A stretch of DNA of 63,362 nt, the filler included, from Octopus bimaculoides (taxonomy: Eukaryota): assembly GCF_001194135.2 (NCBI RefSeq). It is 4 parts of 4 records of this genome, joined end to end, with 100 filler letters (N's around TTAATTAATTAA, not from the genome) between each part and the next. Parts side by side here need not be neighbours in the genome. Positions count along the whole stretch, not along the records: positions 61,888 to 63,362 come from NC_068981.1; 3 more parts are not named here. One strand, 5' to 3'. This document shows positions 63,124 to 63,362 of the stretch, in pieces. The notes under the pieces were generated by a model that had not been told where the DNA came from, did not search any database, and was given only the letters and a program-made list of their open reading frames with translations. Both the position numbers and the translations under genes were made by a program. Positions within the stretch are counted from its first letter, which is position 1. Each line of letters opens with the position of its first letter.

Positions 63124-63342
63124 TACTCTTTTACTCTCTTACTCTTTTACTTGTTTCAGTCATTTGACCGTGGCCATGCTGGAGCACCGCCTTTAGTCGA
63201 GCAAATCGCCCCCAGGACTTATTCTTTGGTCGGCCCGAGACTATAGTAGAAGAGACCTGCCCAAGGTGCCACGCAGTGGGAATGAACCCAGAACTATGTG
63301 ATTGGTAAGCAAACTACTTACCACACAGCCACTCTTGCGCCT
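63124..63342 (-). mobile_element. SINE family A with central deletion
   Basis: Tail fused directly to head at CTTTG (63224-63228). Confidence 0.92.
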
Positions 63343-63362
63343 ATACATACATACATACATAC

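Noticed and set aside
1-63362. CRISPR array, operon or prokaryotic defence system
   Set aside because: No regularly spaced repeat-spacer array or gene-dense region. Recurrent 20-40-bp words are parts of dispersed SINEs.

Overview
This is AT-rich, microsatellite-dense eukaryotic DNA. The SINE repertoire and TTAGGG-type repeats point to an octopus (coleoid cephalopod) draft assembly; that assignment comes from recognition, not a database search. Three artificial 100-bp spacers (44 N + TTAATTAATTAA + 44 N) split the window into four joined pieces, so adjacency across them is unverified. I find no intact protein-coding gene, rRNA, functional tRNA or CRISPR array, and almost all supplied ORFs are microsatellite or N-gap artefacts. 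The sequence is mostly decayed mobile DNA: many tRNA-derived SINEs (my working labels A, B, C, D, H), RTE and CR1 LINE relics, a Penelope-like GIY-YIG relic, an LTR-retrotransposon pol fragment, four mariner-derived pieces and several MITEs. The best leads are (1) a tRNA-headed SINE whose 3' part folds as a Penelope-type minimal hammerhead ribozyme (two copies), (2) a perfect 42-bp fold-back fused to a tRNA-Thr-like unit that could form alternative structures, (3) a long-TIR MITE carrying telomeric repeats, and (4) a SINE/CR1 shared tail with a micro-inversion. Three candidate exons are weak.
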